Source of the DNA: Curvularia clavata
Lineage: Eukaryota
Assembly (NCBI GenBank): GCA_023920165.1
Contig: CP089274.1
Coordinates: 1,922,001 to 1,986,000 of the forward strand
DNA: 64,000 bases
Direction: 5' to 3'
Shown here in pieces: positions 35,769 through 47,998 of this stretch. How positions within the stretch are numbered: the stretch's first letter is position 1; every line of letters starts with the position of its first letter. The notes below the pieces were generated by a model. The model made no database searches and had not been told where the DNA came from. It saw only the letters and a program-made list of their open reading frames with translations. Made by a program: the position numbers and the translations under genes.

Positions 35769-37341
35769 ATGGCCCCTCCTCGAACCATGACGGGGGATAC
35801 CTACACCGATGAGAAGACACCTCAATCTCCAGCATCACCTGCCAACACAGATGCAACTCTAACAGGCGAAGCCTTCGTGGAAACCGCCGACACCCATTCC
35901 ACGATTCAACCGTCCGTGCGGACAAATTCGATTGATATCGAGAGTGCACAGCCTCGTAGGTGATCCCACCCGCCATTCGGCCCCCAAAGCCCACGGATCT
36001 CGGCCGAACGACCCGCCTCATCATGAAGTTGTGGTGTGTGACCGTGTCCTACTGTCAGCACTTGTATGCACAATGGCTCACCCAACGGCATCGAGACGAC
36101 GTTGCATGCGCTTCGTAGAACCTAAACAAACTAATACCTAAACAGAAGGCAAGAAGAAACGGCCGCTCATCCAACGGATAACAGTCCCTTTCCGCCCCGA
36201 ACCGGAGCCCGAATATGTGACAGAGAACCGAACGCGAAAGCGTAAGCAATAGTTCCTTGTTGGGTTGCCCATTTCTGACAATCACCAGTTGAGGAAACAC
36301 CCAATGGCTTCCCCAGGCTTGCTGCGTTCCAATCAAGCGAGCCGAATTTCTCCCTATATCGATCTTTTAGCTACTTGCATTCACGAGTCTTGCTTGACCT
36401 CCAAGATGAAATCACTTGTCTAGAGAAGGAGCTGGACGAAGTCGACTGGGATGATTTCGATGAGGATTCTGACCGTTTGAAGTCGAGAGACTTTGATATT
36501 CGTCAGCCTACTGGAGAGGGAGAGCCTCGCAATCGTCGAATCATACTCCGTGAAATCAAATCCAAGCTGATGGAATATGGTAAGCATTCACTACCACACA
36601 TCTTTGTTGGGCTCAACACTGATAACAACCAGATGAGGTGCTCATTAAAGCACGAACCATAGAGTCCTTTCAAAGGCCTTCAGACCGCAACTACCGCAGC
36701 GTGCGACGCTATTGCCACAACGAAAAGCCACTAATGGACGCTGAGATGGATTCTATCCGCAGCAAAGAAGACATTGTCTCACTCTCCAGCGGCCGCGAAT
36801 GGGCTACCTTTGACGGCGGAGTAGAAACCATGATCGGCCAAATCGACCGTTTGCTCCAAAAAGTCTTCAGAACTAAGTCTTTGCCACTCCAGGTAATTTT
36901 GAGTCACCCCATCAAACCACCATATGGTTGCTGATTATCGATGTGTAGAAATACTTCCGCACGCCAGAGGCCCAAGAAAAGACGACAAATCCCTACGTCT
37001 CCTTTTACAGCAGCACTCGCATTGACAAGCTCGTCAATGTCCTCATCACTTTTGTAATCTTTTGTCTTCTAGTTGTCCCTGTAGTCACCATGTACCAGCT
37101 CACCAGTACTGCTGCACACGTCGATCCTGGTGCTTCGGACAAGGATGCCATTGCTGCTGCTGATATCAACAAGAGGGATACATTCAACGCCGTCGGCGTC
37201 TTGATGGTGTTTACATTGCTTTTCAGCGCCGCCATGAGTCTGTTAACAAAAGCCGCGCGGCACGAGCTGTTTGCTGCATCGGCGGCGTATTGTGCCATTT
37301 TGGTCGTGTTCATTGGAAATTTCACTGGACCTGGGAATTGA
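35769..37341 (+). CDS. DUF6594-type fungal membrane protein, 5 exons, ~408 aa
   Basis: Exons 35769..35955, 36146..36241, 36289..36579, 36633..36892, 36949..37341 (1227 nt). PNGFPRLAAFQSSEPNFSLYRSFSYLHSRVLLDLQDEITCLEKELDEVD, IKSKLMEYDEVL, EDIVSL, three C-terminal hydrophobic helices ending ELFAASAAYCAILVVFIG. Confidence 0.85.
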
Positions 37342-38405
37342 TGGTCTGTAATGTTTAGAGCTTAACGAATTATTACGAATAATGAATGATGACAAAAAAC
37401 GCATTTTGTGGTATGGTGAAATGATAGGGAGCCATATGCACAGGAGCATGGTGTTGATGGTTTTTGTCACGCGTTTATAATGACTTTTGTCATTTGTGTC
37501 ATGATTTGGACGAAATTATTTGATGTGGGAACTCCATGGTGTTTTGCGATATTTGAATTCAGGTGAACTAAACCTGTCATTTTTTCAGTCAGACAAAAAA
37601 TGCCATTCGTTTGAAGCAGCTACACAGCATAGCAATCATGCAACCACACAACCCATGTAATCAGAATATGTGTAACCAGGCAGTGAGTCACCACTATAAA
37701 CCCTGTGCACACCGCTCTGAGAGCGGTTGGTATATAATCGCATATTTTCCATATGTCTGTTTAACATCTGCACTGTCCCAGTAAAGCGAAGCCTTTTCTG
37801 TCTTGACGCTGTTCTCCTTCCGGATCTTCTTGATAGCGCGGATCTGACTTTTGGTTATGTTGCAATTTCTCTCCATAAATTGGTCTAGTGGAGAGGTGTC
37901 GAGTGTTGACCGACAAAAGAGAGAAGCAACGGCAGAGGTTTTTTCAGCGTCGTCTGGATCAAGGGTCTCCAGCATCTCGTTTGGTATCATAATTCATAGC
38001 GATACCTGCCAATAGTATCCAGATGTTGACAAGAAGGTTAGGCGGTCAGCTTTATCATAGATCAGCACCATTGCGAAGTCCAGAAGACATTTCCGAAAGG
38101 CGATTTCCTGCTGGATGTATGTGATAATGGTGCCTCGATCCCGATAGAACTTTTTCTAGTGCGGAAGCTGCAGAGAGCCAGACGTTTAATTTTGTTTTGT
38201 GTATGGTCTTCGTATTCGGTCTAGACACATGGGGAGTTCAGCATGCTGCCTTCGTTCGATATATCTGGCTGAGACTGGTTTTGTAGGGCATCATGAAGTA
38301 TTAACAAAGTGTCTATAGTTTAGTTTTTATGTGATCGATACCTCAACTGTTCGGACATGGCCGTGTCCGAAACGACCTGCTTCTTTAGTCGAAACCAGTA
38401 TATTT

Positions 38406-39719
38406 CTACTCAGAAATCTCAACAACCACCTTTCCCCGAACTCTGCCCCCCACCATCTCTCTCTTGACCTTCTCCCAGGCCCCTTGATACAGCTTCTCGT
38501 CCAAAATCCCTTTAACAACATCCTGCACCACAACACTCACCTCCCTCTGCTCCGCCAACTCCGCCACCTGCTCCAAATACCCGTTCTTCTGATACAGCAT
38601 CACATTCGCATACCTCGGTCCAAACAACCAGCCCCAAACATGCCTCATTACTTGCTTCGGATAAGTGAAGTAGGTTAATGGCCCACCCATCGCCGTCCTC
38701 TCAGTCTTGTCCCCCACAATAGTAACGTATGCGGCATTCCGGTGCAGCAGTTGCGTCCAGTACTCAAACATCTCGGTGCCGCCCACACAATCAACGTACA
38801 AGTCGAACTTGTTTCCTTGCGGACGCTTCGACAACAGTGACTGCGGTACGTCCTGCGTAGCGTAATCGATAACTTCGTCGGCGCCTAGGTCTCTGACGAA
38901 ATCGGCATTACGCGATGAGCAGATGGCTGTGACGTGGCAGCCATAGAGCTTTTTGGCGAGCTGCACGCACCAGATTCCCACGCCGCCACTCGCGCCTGAT
39001 ACGATGACGTGCGGGCGGTCTTGGTTGGGCGATTTGGAAGGCTCGGGAAGCCAGTCTAAGCAGGCAAAGGCGGTTAGAGCGACGAGAGGGATGGCCGCAG
39101 CTTCGGGATGGGAGAGGGAACGGGGCTTCTTGGCAATGGGGTCGGTGTGTGGACAGATGCAGAGGTATTGTGTGAATGTACCTTCTGCGGTCTTTTGCTG
39201 ATGTTAGTAACTGGTTTGGGTACTCAAATATATCTCTTTCTGACGCCTTTGAGTACGTTGAAGAAGAAGATTGGACATTCCAAATGGAACAACAGAAACA
39301 GAAATTTGGGATAGTACAAGTAACAAAGAAAGAGGTGACGCTTGAAAAAAGGCATGTCTTTGTGAACAGAAGGAGAAGGGCAGCATATAAACACTTACTG
39401 GCCTATTACACAACCCAAAAACCTCGTCGCCGACCTCCCACCCCCCTTGTTTCCTGACTTCCTCTCCCACTGCAACCACAATTCCCGAGTAATCTCTCCC
39501 TATGCCCTTCTCTTTACTTCCAGCCAGCCAACCCACAACAGGATTACCCCATATCTGAATGTCGACGGGGTTTATGGCTGCGGCATGGATCTTGACTAGT
39601 ATGTCTTTGGGCGAAGGAGTGGGGATTGGGGTGTGAGTTAGATGAGGGGGAGAGGATGGCTGAGTAAAAGTCAGGGATGTGTTTGATTCTGGAAGAGAAG
39701 CAGGCACTGTAGGTGGCAT
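38406..39719 (-). CDS. MDR-superfamily NAD(P)H-dependent reductase (Yim1/RTN4IP1-like quinone/enoyl reductase), 2 exons
   Basis: [46 protein letters not shown], Rossmann [23 protein letters not shown]. One ~200-nt intron near 39195..39398. Confidence 0.85.
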
Positions 39720-40790
39720 AGTTGATTAAGTCAACTTCTCTCTTCCACAAGACTCAAGCAGATCTGATATTTTCTGACTGTCGAAGTTACGAAATAGGCA
39801 ATATGGAATCTCTCAGTGTGGTTGAAATGGTCGGGTGTATGCAACGGTACAGCAATGTGGGGCACATCATGGTGAAAGCGGTTGGATTTCTAATCGCTAT
39901 GATCTTCGTGCTGGAAGTTTCGGAGGCAGGGATGGATTGGAGGAGGGGGAGTCGCCGAGGTACCTCGCATATAGGCTATACGAGTCATGGGTCGGACCTA
40001 AAGAAGATTTGCTGATTCGACTGCAAATCGCCAATACAGGCACCTGGATGGCCTATTTTTGAGATTGACATACTTGGGTATAGCAAAATATCAGACGTTT
40101 ATAGTAACAGCTCAAGGGATTTCTCATTGTTCATGTTTCCCCCAGTTCTCCTTCGACTTACCCAAACAATGGGATAAAACACAACCCAACTCATTATCCC
40201 AGATACTATAGTTAACTACTAGCATTCAATACTACATGATGGAACATTTCAATGATTCTAGGCCCTTTAACATATCAATTGCCACTCGTTTCTTGTTTCT
40301 CAGAGTTAGTAAGTGCATCTTACTAGAATTAGCAAGGGCGACTTTGGTCAAACTAATCAAATTGACGGAGAGCAAGTTTTGAGTGTTGTTTGCAGCCCTG
40401 AGTTCTACGCAGCAGCACCCAAGCTATATATATTTTTTTGCTACAGGATATAATAGTACTTCAACTATCTAAAACGAATACGTTCGTTGTGAAATTGGTG
40501 AGTGTTCGTGGAGTGAAGTTCGGCTTCGAGAGCCTTAGTTGGGATGGGCCGAAGTGACCACCTACCTAGGGAGCGGGAGATCCGCTAGCGGCGCATCTGG
40601 TCAGCGCGACTGGTACATGCACGTCCACTACCGCAACCCCAGGACGACTCCCCTCTGACGTTGCGCATCGCAAAGGCGAGATTCACCCACAACTCGCGCT
40701 TCGGTCGCTGGTGAATACCTCGGATGCTCCCGCTCCCCCACAGCATGTAGAAGCGCACACGGTCGATTACACACGTTCCCGTTCGGCACC

Positions 40791-42565
40791 ATGGACACAA
40801 TAGCAGTTGCCCCGAAGGCGTCGGCGCTCGCATCGCCCAAGATTGTCAAGAATGCAAAGGGAAACATTGTGCCTAGCAGCCAGATGGCGCACATCGAGTA
40901 CGGCTGTGGTAAGGGCGCTGCTCTCTAAAAATGTGGGCGCTGCTGACATCAAGGCAGAGCACATGGGCGAAATGTTCGACAACGCGCGCAAGCAGACGCT
41001 GCAGCACTACCGAGCCATCCTCCAGAACATCCACGAGAAACCGAGCATAATAGCGCAGACATACAACGCGACGGCCGAAGCCCAGAACGTTGTCTCCCTC
41101 CGGCCGCTGTTCTTGTGTCTGCAATGCCCCAGCATCATGGCCGAGGCGGATCGCGATCAGCACTTTGAGACCAAGTCGCACTGCTTCTGTGGGTGCATCT
41201 AAATCATAGGCAGGGTGAGCAGAAGCTAACGCGCAGCAGCTGTAGAATCGCGCGACGGCAATATTTACTGCGGGAACTGCCAGGACTTTATCTACGACGA
41301 GGCGCTGGAGATATTGAGACTACAAAAGGGTGCGCCATATATTACCTTACCATGGCCTAGGGCAATGGCAGTTGGTTGACGGAAACACAGGCAAGAAGCG
41401 AAAGTATGAAGACACGACCACAACGGAAGACCACAAACTCGTCATCAGCAATTCAACCTTTCTTCCCTGCCGAGCCATAGGCCTGCGTGGTCTCTACAAC
41501 ATGGGCCAGACTTGCTTTATGAGCGTCATCCTCCAAACACTTGTCCACAATCCATTCATACGCAATTTCTACCTCTCTGAGGGCCACAAACAGACGGACT
41601 GCGAGCGGGAGTCGTGTGTGAGCTGCGCGCTTGACGAGATGTTTGTCGAGTTTCATTCGGCCGAGAAGACGGAGGGCTTTGGCGCTGTCAGCATGCTCAT
41701 GGGAAGCTGGCTGGCAGGAGAGGCACTGGCGGGTTATCAACAGCAAGATGCGCATGAGTACATGCAGTTCATACTGAACACGCTGCATCTCGCCAACGGC
41801 GGATCAACAGACGACTCGGAGGACTGCAAATGTATCATACACCAGACTTTCTGTGGGAAGCTATCAAGCACTGTGACATGTGACAGTTGCCGTAACGTCA
41901 CTACAGCGCAGGACCCGTACATGGATCTCAGTCTCGACGTCCGGATTCAGAGCAAGAAGCGAAAGCTGAATGCTGAAAAAGGTGAAGATGCGCCTTTGGA
42001 TCTGAGAGACTGTCTTGAGCGCTTTACCGCAAAGGAGAAGCTTGGCTCAGCAGAATACACATGTCGGAATTGCGACAGCCCGCAAAACGCGACGAAGCAA
42101 CTCAGTATCAAGAGACTGCCACCAGTCTTGTCCATACACCTCAAGGTTTGTCACACTAGCTTTAATCCTTCCAGCTCTTCATCCAATACTAACATCCTAA
42201 ATCAGCGCTTTGAGCACACCAAATCCACTTCCTCCAAAATTGAAACGCCTGTCCGTTTCCCCGTCAAACTAGACATCTACCCTTACACCGCCGCCCACAA
42301 GGCCGCCATACGCGCAGCCAAGACGTCGGGCGCTCCGTCAACAAACCATAACATCAACAGCCCAACCAATGCCCTCGTGTACGAGCTGAGCAGCGTGATT
42401 GTACACAAAGGTAAGATGGACTCGGGCCACTACATCAGCTACAGCCGAGAAGGCAGTGACTGGTTCATGTTTGACGACAGCAAAGTGGTGCTCGTGAGCG
42501 AGGCAGAGGTTCTCGCTGCCGAGGCCTATCTACTATTCTACATGGTTGGAGGGCTGGAGGTCTGA
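40791..42565 (+). CDS. UBP8: Ubiquitin carboxyl-terminal hydrolase Ubp8/USP22 (SAGA DUB module), multi-exon
   Basis: zf-UBP (CLQC...H..TKSHCF..YCGNCQDFIYD), Cys box GLRGLYNMGQTCFMS, QQDAHEY, His box YELSSVIVHKGKMDSGHYISY, FDDSKV, AYLLFY. Introns near 40909, 41190, 41330 and 42146. Confidence 0.88.
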
Positions 42566-43849
42566 GCACGAGCATGAGACAGTGCCACAAAAGCTATAGC
42601 AACTGTTTAATCGATATCGGGCCTTTTGTCACGTACGTATCGGACGGGCGTGGGGGTGCATACGAGAAAGTTGGATGACGCATCATCTAGGCGTTTGGGG
42701 CGTGATGAGGCGTCTAGGTGCAGCTGAGAGAACACATTTTCATCGTTCAGTGTCATGTTGCAGTTGTCCAGAAAGTGAGTGTGTACATGTAGACTCCCTT
42801 ACTTTGACCTCTTCTCCTTCCAACACATACTCGCTATCTGTCTTTCCTTTCCCCATCTTCCTCAGAGCTTTTCGTACCTCTCTTCTCCCCCTTCTTCTCT
42901 CAACCAAACATCCACGCCGTTCCATCCCCACTCACCACTCCACCTGAAGCCACCCATCACATTGCCCCCAGCACCTTATCTCACCTTGGTCGGCACTCCT
43001 TCTCCCCAGAGCAAAAACAAGAGAGAACCCACCTCTCTATGTTACATTAGCCGGGGATGGGGACACCGATGGATCAGGCCCAAATCCTTCGCTCGGTGTT
43101 TTTTACGGCCGCACACGCATGATCGGTCTCGCCGCGTTTGTTGTGTCTGTGTGTTCTTGGTCGTTCGATACGAGGGACGTCGACACCCAGCAACCACATC
43201 CAGTGTATAGACGAAGAGACAGAGATCGCGGAGGAAGGTAGTATAGTCAATACATAGGATTTGCGTGACTTAGCGGTATAGGGCCATGTGCACCGGTAGA
43301 AACGGCTCGCTTGTAGCCCGTTGGTAATTTCGACTTCGGCCCTGTAAAACGAGAGGATTCCGTGGCTTTGTTTTTAATTCTTAACTCCTTGCAGCTTTTA
43401 CCCGGATCCTTCCCAATGCGCTGGATGATGTGTGTGATCGGTAAGGGAAGGAAGGGGGAACAAGGCGGCATTTCGGAGAAAAGTACCGAATGGACGGGCG
43501 GGGGCCACGGAGGCGGTACTCCTGCTTTCCTCTTTCTCTCCGCGCATGCATGGGGTAGCCTCATCACGGCAGCGCATATCACCCTTTTTGTTTTTAATTG
43601 TGGAGTATTAAATTGTTTATGGATAGGTATGTAACGTCGTATAATAAGCATCGTCTTGGCCCCCCCATTGTGTGCGCATATAAGGAGGAGGTCAGGCCCG
43701 GCCTGGCTTCATGATCTTCCTCACAACGGGGCAAACGGTATTACTTCTTTTCTTTCTTCAAGTCTTTCATCAAGAAGTCTTTTCCTTTAAACATCAACAT
43801 GGCTAACTTTTTTTGGCCATCATGCAAGATGGCAAGAGGTGCGGGCATC

Positions 43850-45181
43850 TCAAGCAAAAGGACTCTTAACATTTGGGCTAGTACTGTCACGTCTCCCTGT
43901 CTCGAACGTGGTTTGGATCTCTGTATTCACAGTAATGCCTTTACCGGCGTTCCCTGTCTCGGCTGCAGACAGGCTTCCGTCGGAGAAGAGCGAATCTTCG
44001 GAACCGTTGGCACGATGATGCGATTGCAGGCCGCCGGTACTGGATGTCTGGCGGGTGTTGCCCGGTGTGTTGAGCCGGTTCTCGCTGGCTTTGCGTCGCG
44101 CAGACGAGAGCTCGTAGTGCCGACCGTAGCTGTGAGAGTCGCCCTTTGTTGTGTCTGTGCCCAGGATCATGGAGCGCAGGGCAGGAAGGCACGTCGCTAT
44201 GATGGCGATGGCGGTTTCGATCATCGAGACCGTGCACGTTAGCATAGTTTCGTTGCGTTTGGAGTAGTAGGCTCTAATGCCTTTGACAGCTATTAGCGCA
44301 GATTCACACGTTGGCAAAGGTCAAGATCTTACAGCTTGCGATTACTACCAGGAAACCCAGGGCAAAGATGCCGGCAACACCAATCTTGTCCTTGAGTTTC
44401 ATCTGAAGCCGCGACACCATGGTAATGGGAAGAGCAATGATGATGACGTCGGTGAATATGTTGACTACGATGCAAATCATCAGCCTTGTCACACCAAAAA
44501 AAAGCAAGAGTCTTGGGAAGCAGGGATAGTGATGACTTACAGAAAATAGTAATCCAGTAGTTGATCTCTGAAGCGCGTGGGCTGCACTGATCTGCGACAG
44601 GGTCAGCCGGTCCACTCCGGAAGCAGTATATGTGGGGAAAGAGAAGGTGTTGGGCACGCACAGTTTGGATTACTCGACCATCGCTTATCGTGTGGGTAAC
44701 ACTGAAACATGATATCGAAGAAGATGATAAGGTAGGTGACCGTCAGGCCTCCCAGGGCGATGTTGTACAAGGTAATGAGTCGTGATCCCGGCGCAGCAAG
44801 GCTCTTGTAGAAGAAGACGAGGGCGAACTTGATGGCCCAGAGAGAGGTAACGTAGAGAGTCGATCCAGGGATGATCATCTGCATGATGCCCTTGAAATTC
44901 TCTCGCGTTATGGCTGCCATGTTGCCAAGTCCTAGGTTCCACATGTGTTGCTGGATGGCGAGATCGCCAATGAGACACAACAACGACAGCACGACGAGGT
45001 AGTCGTCAACGAGGAACCTGCCGACCCTCCTCCATCGCGTCCACATACGCAGAGCGACAAAAGGAACGGCGGCTATGGTACAAATGTACCACGACACCTA
45101 CGACATGGTTGGTTGGCGGGTAGCAGAGGACGGAGAAGGGGCGAGATTACTTACCACCTGTCCATGTCCACTGGCCGACAT
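43850..45181 (-). CDS. PTH11-like (fungal rhodopsin-domain) integral membrane receptor without CFEM, multi-exon
   Basis: FVALRMWTR, DDYLVVLS, LWAIKFALVFFY, FQCYP, NIFTDVIIIALP, LQMKLKDKIGVAGIFALG, IETAIAIIATCLPALRS, Ser-rich tail. First micro-exon MSASGHGQV starts at 45181. Confidence 0.85.
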
Positions 45182-46227
45182 AGCCGGTCTCTGTGTGGGC
45201 GCACCGACGTGGACCGGTGAAGGGTTGTGATGGTCAAACAAACAAGGTCCACAGTTGCTGATCCGTCTTTGGATGTCAGTTGAGGCGACGAGAACACAAC
45301 AATGTCGTGGACGAGGGTGGAGGGTGTTGAAGAGCGGGGACAGTGTGTTTGTTCTGGCATGCACAGTGTCGATCTATAAGGGTACCTCCACAGACGAACC
45401 CCCTCGAATGATAGAAGTGTCAGATATGCCCTGAGCAGATGATGCAGGGCCAGCTTTTGCGACTTCTAACTCGATTGCCACAAGCGCGAGGATTCTCATG
45501 CCAACTATTCGTACACGGAACCCGTCAGGCGGCCTGCTAGTGGCCGGAATGTTTATGCGAGAGCCGACAATGCACTAGGAATGCCCATGGTCAGGAATCT
45601 CCTCAAGTTCGCCCATCCCGGCTCGTGTGGCGGTTGGCCCGTTTGCGCGAAATGGCAATGTCACGGGCAAAGATGCTGTCATTTTTTCATAGCGGCCGGG
45701 GAGCTTGCTTGACGGTGCAGACGGGCTAGAGATAGTTGAGGGTGCTAGAGGCGCTCAAGTCGGTTGGCGGCGGACGAGTTGACACGGCAGGGTTGCAAGC
45801 GTCGTGGTTGTGGCGATGGCACGGCAAGGGACCGAATCTGGCGTCGACTAGGCGCGGACGTCGGATGCTCTTCAGGCACGTCGGCCGATCGAAAACGTGG
45901 CGAACATGGGTGCCGACGAGGGCACGTGATTGGCTGCTGGGGCGCGCGAGTCGCAGCCGAGGCCAGGGGTCCACTTCCGACCTGCATCAACGGAGATGAA
46001 AAGAGCTTTCTTCCAGAACGGATCCATGGCACTATTGCCTGGCATGACTTCGGCACTTTGCAAAGGCTCGCGGTAGTTCCGTACGATTGGCGGTAAGAAT
46101 TTGTGCTCCAACGCCCTGGGCCCGCCAAACTGGTGCCCTATATAGCCGTGTGGACGCCCAAACCAGATCTGCACCCTCCACCAAACCCTATCACTATCCT
46201 CCAGCCCGCTTCCCTGCGTCTTGCATC

Positions 46228-47998
46228 ATGAGGGTCCTCGACAGTCTTTCGCTAGTGGGCATCTTCGGACAAGCCGCCGTGATTGGCGCTAACCCGCTGC
46301 CCCCTCCGCCCGCCAAGGTGCCTGTCACGGGCGGAGTGGCGCCACTTTATGACGGGAGCGTAAAAGGCTTCACTGATTCGAATGGCAATTCGGTTTTCCT
46401 TGGAATTCCCTTTGCGGCAACAACCGGAGGACAGAACCGGTATGCATCTAACCTACTTCGTCTGTGTGTCTTTGCCCTGAGCCCGATGACTGACTCCCTC
46501 TTGCAGATGGAAGCCCCCCCAAAATCCAAAGAGGCTGCTCAAGGGCGAGGTGCTCAATGCCACCAAGTACGGACCAACATGTCCCCAGGCAATCAGCACC
46601 GCGGGTTGGTCGCAGCAAGGAGAGGATTGTTTGAACCTGAACATCTGGGTGCCATCGCCCCAGGCACTGTCAAAACGTGCGCCTCCACCACCTCCTTGTG
46701 TTTGTGGCCCTGGACCTAACAAGCCTCCAGCAGGTCCTAGTACTCCAGATAACAGCGCGGGCCTCCCCGTCTTCGTTTACATGTACGGCGGTGCCATGGT
46801 GACAGGATCCAGCAGCAACCCTGGGCTTGTAGGTACCAACTTTGCCAACAAGGGCGTCATCTTTGTCAGCTTCAACACTCGTGAAAGCCTGTGGGCGTAC
46901 CCCAACTCCGCTGAGCTTGCAAACGGCAAGCAGTCGCAAAACTTTGGCATCCTTGATGTTGACAAGGCCTTGCAATGGGTCCGTGACAACATTGGTCAGT
47001 TTGGTGGCAACCCTGACCGTGTTGTTTTTGGAGGTCACTCTTCTGGCTCTGTCCAGGTCGACCACTATCTGTGGAACCACCCTGATACCTGGCTTGCAGG
47101 TGCGGTTCAGATGGCCGCCAACGCAAAGTCTGGTCCAGCTGTAGCACCCACCAACCAAGCTCTTGATCTTGTTGCCAAGGAAGTCAACTGCCCTGTCGGC
47201 GCCGGCCAGCTTGACTGTCTCCGCAAGGTTGACATGTACGCTTTCCAAACCACGGCTTTCAACGCTACCCTCAACACCTACTTCACCCCTGTGGTTGATG
47301 AGATTACCCGCTTCAAGAACTACGAGGCCCGCTTCGCAGCTGGCAAGTACGCCTCGCACGTTCCTCTGCTGACCGGTAACTCGGACAAGGAGGGTGCTGT
47401 GTTCGGTCTGGTTTACGGCAACGAGAACACCAACTTCACCAAGTGGATCAACACTTTTGATGCCGATGTTGCTCAGATCCCAGACAATGTCCTTTTGGGT
47501 GCTTACAACGCTGCCGACTACGACAGTGTCTCTGCCATGAGTGGCGCCCAGTACGGCGACGCTCGCTTTTTCTGCCCTGTTGACTACCTTGTTGATGTGC
47601 GCAGCCAGAAGCAGGATACCTGGATTTACCGCTTCTTTGGCGACTACACCAACCTGCTCCCTCTTCCTGTACCTGCACCAACCCACGGTGGAGAGATCCC
47701 CTTCTTCTTCGGTGGCAACGACGCGTTCGCCGGTGCCGAGGGTGTCACTCAGGAGGAGCAGGCGCTGGCCGATTTCCAGAATGACTGGTTTGTCAATTTC
47801 ATCAAGAACCCCAAAGCCGGACCAGGATGGTCCAAGGCCACTCCTACGAGCGGTGCTATTGGAAAGCTCGGAGTCCCAGGAAACGAGCTTGCCATTGAGG
47901 TTGGCAACACTGCCGACTTCAACGCCAAGTGCCAGAAGGTATACAAGCCATACCTGCCTGCGTACCCTGTCGTCCAGAGTGTATTCGCCGGAAACTAG
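46228..47998 (+). CDS. Secreted type-B carboxylesterase/lipase (alpha/beta hydrolase), 2 exons
   Basis: Signal peptide MRVLDSLSLVGIFGQAAVIGA, FLGIPFA, EDCLNLNIWVP, YGGA oxyanion hole, NFGILD..ALQWVRDNIGQFGGNP, nucleophile elbow GHSSG, EG acid, His in PTHGGEI. Intron ~46440..46507. Confidence 0.9.

Noticed and set aside
37694..37990. 98-aa minus-strand ORF between the DUF6594 and MDR reductase genes
   Set aside because: Protein-like composition but no recognisable motif or supported exon structure; may be a remnant, so not called.
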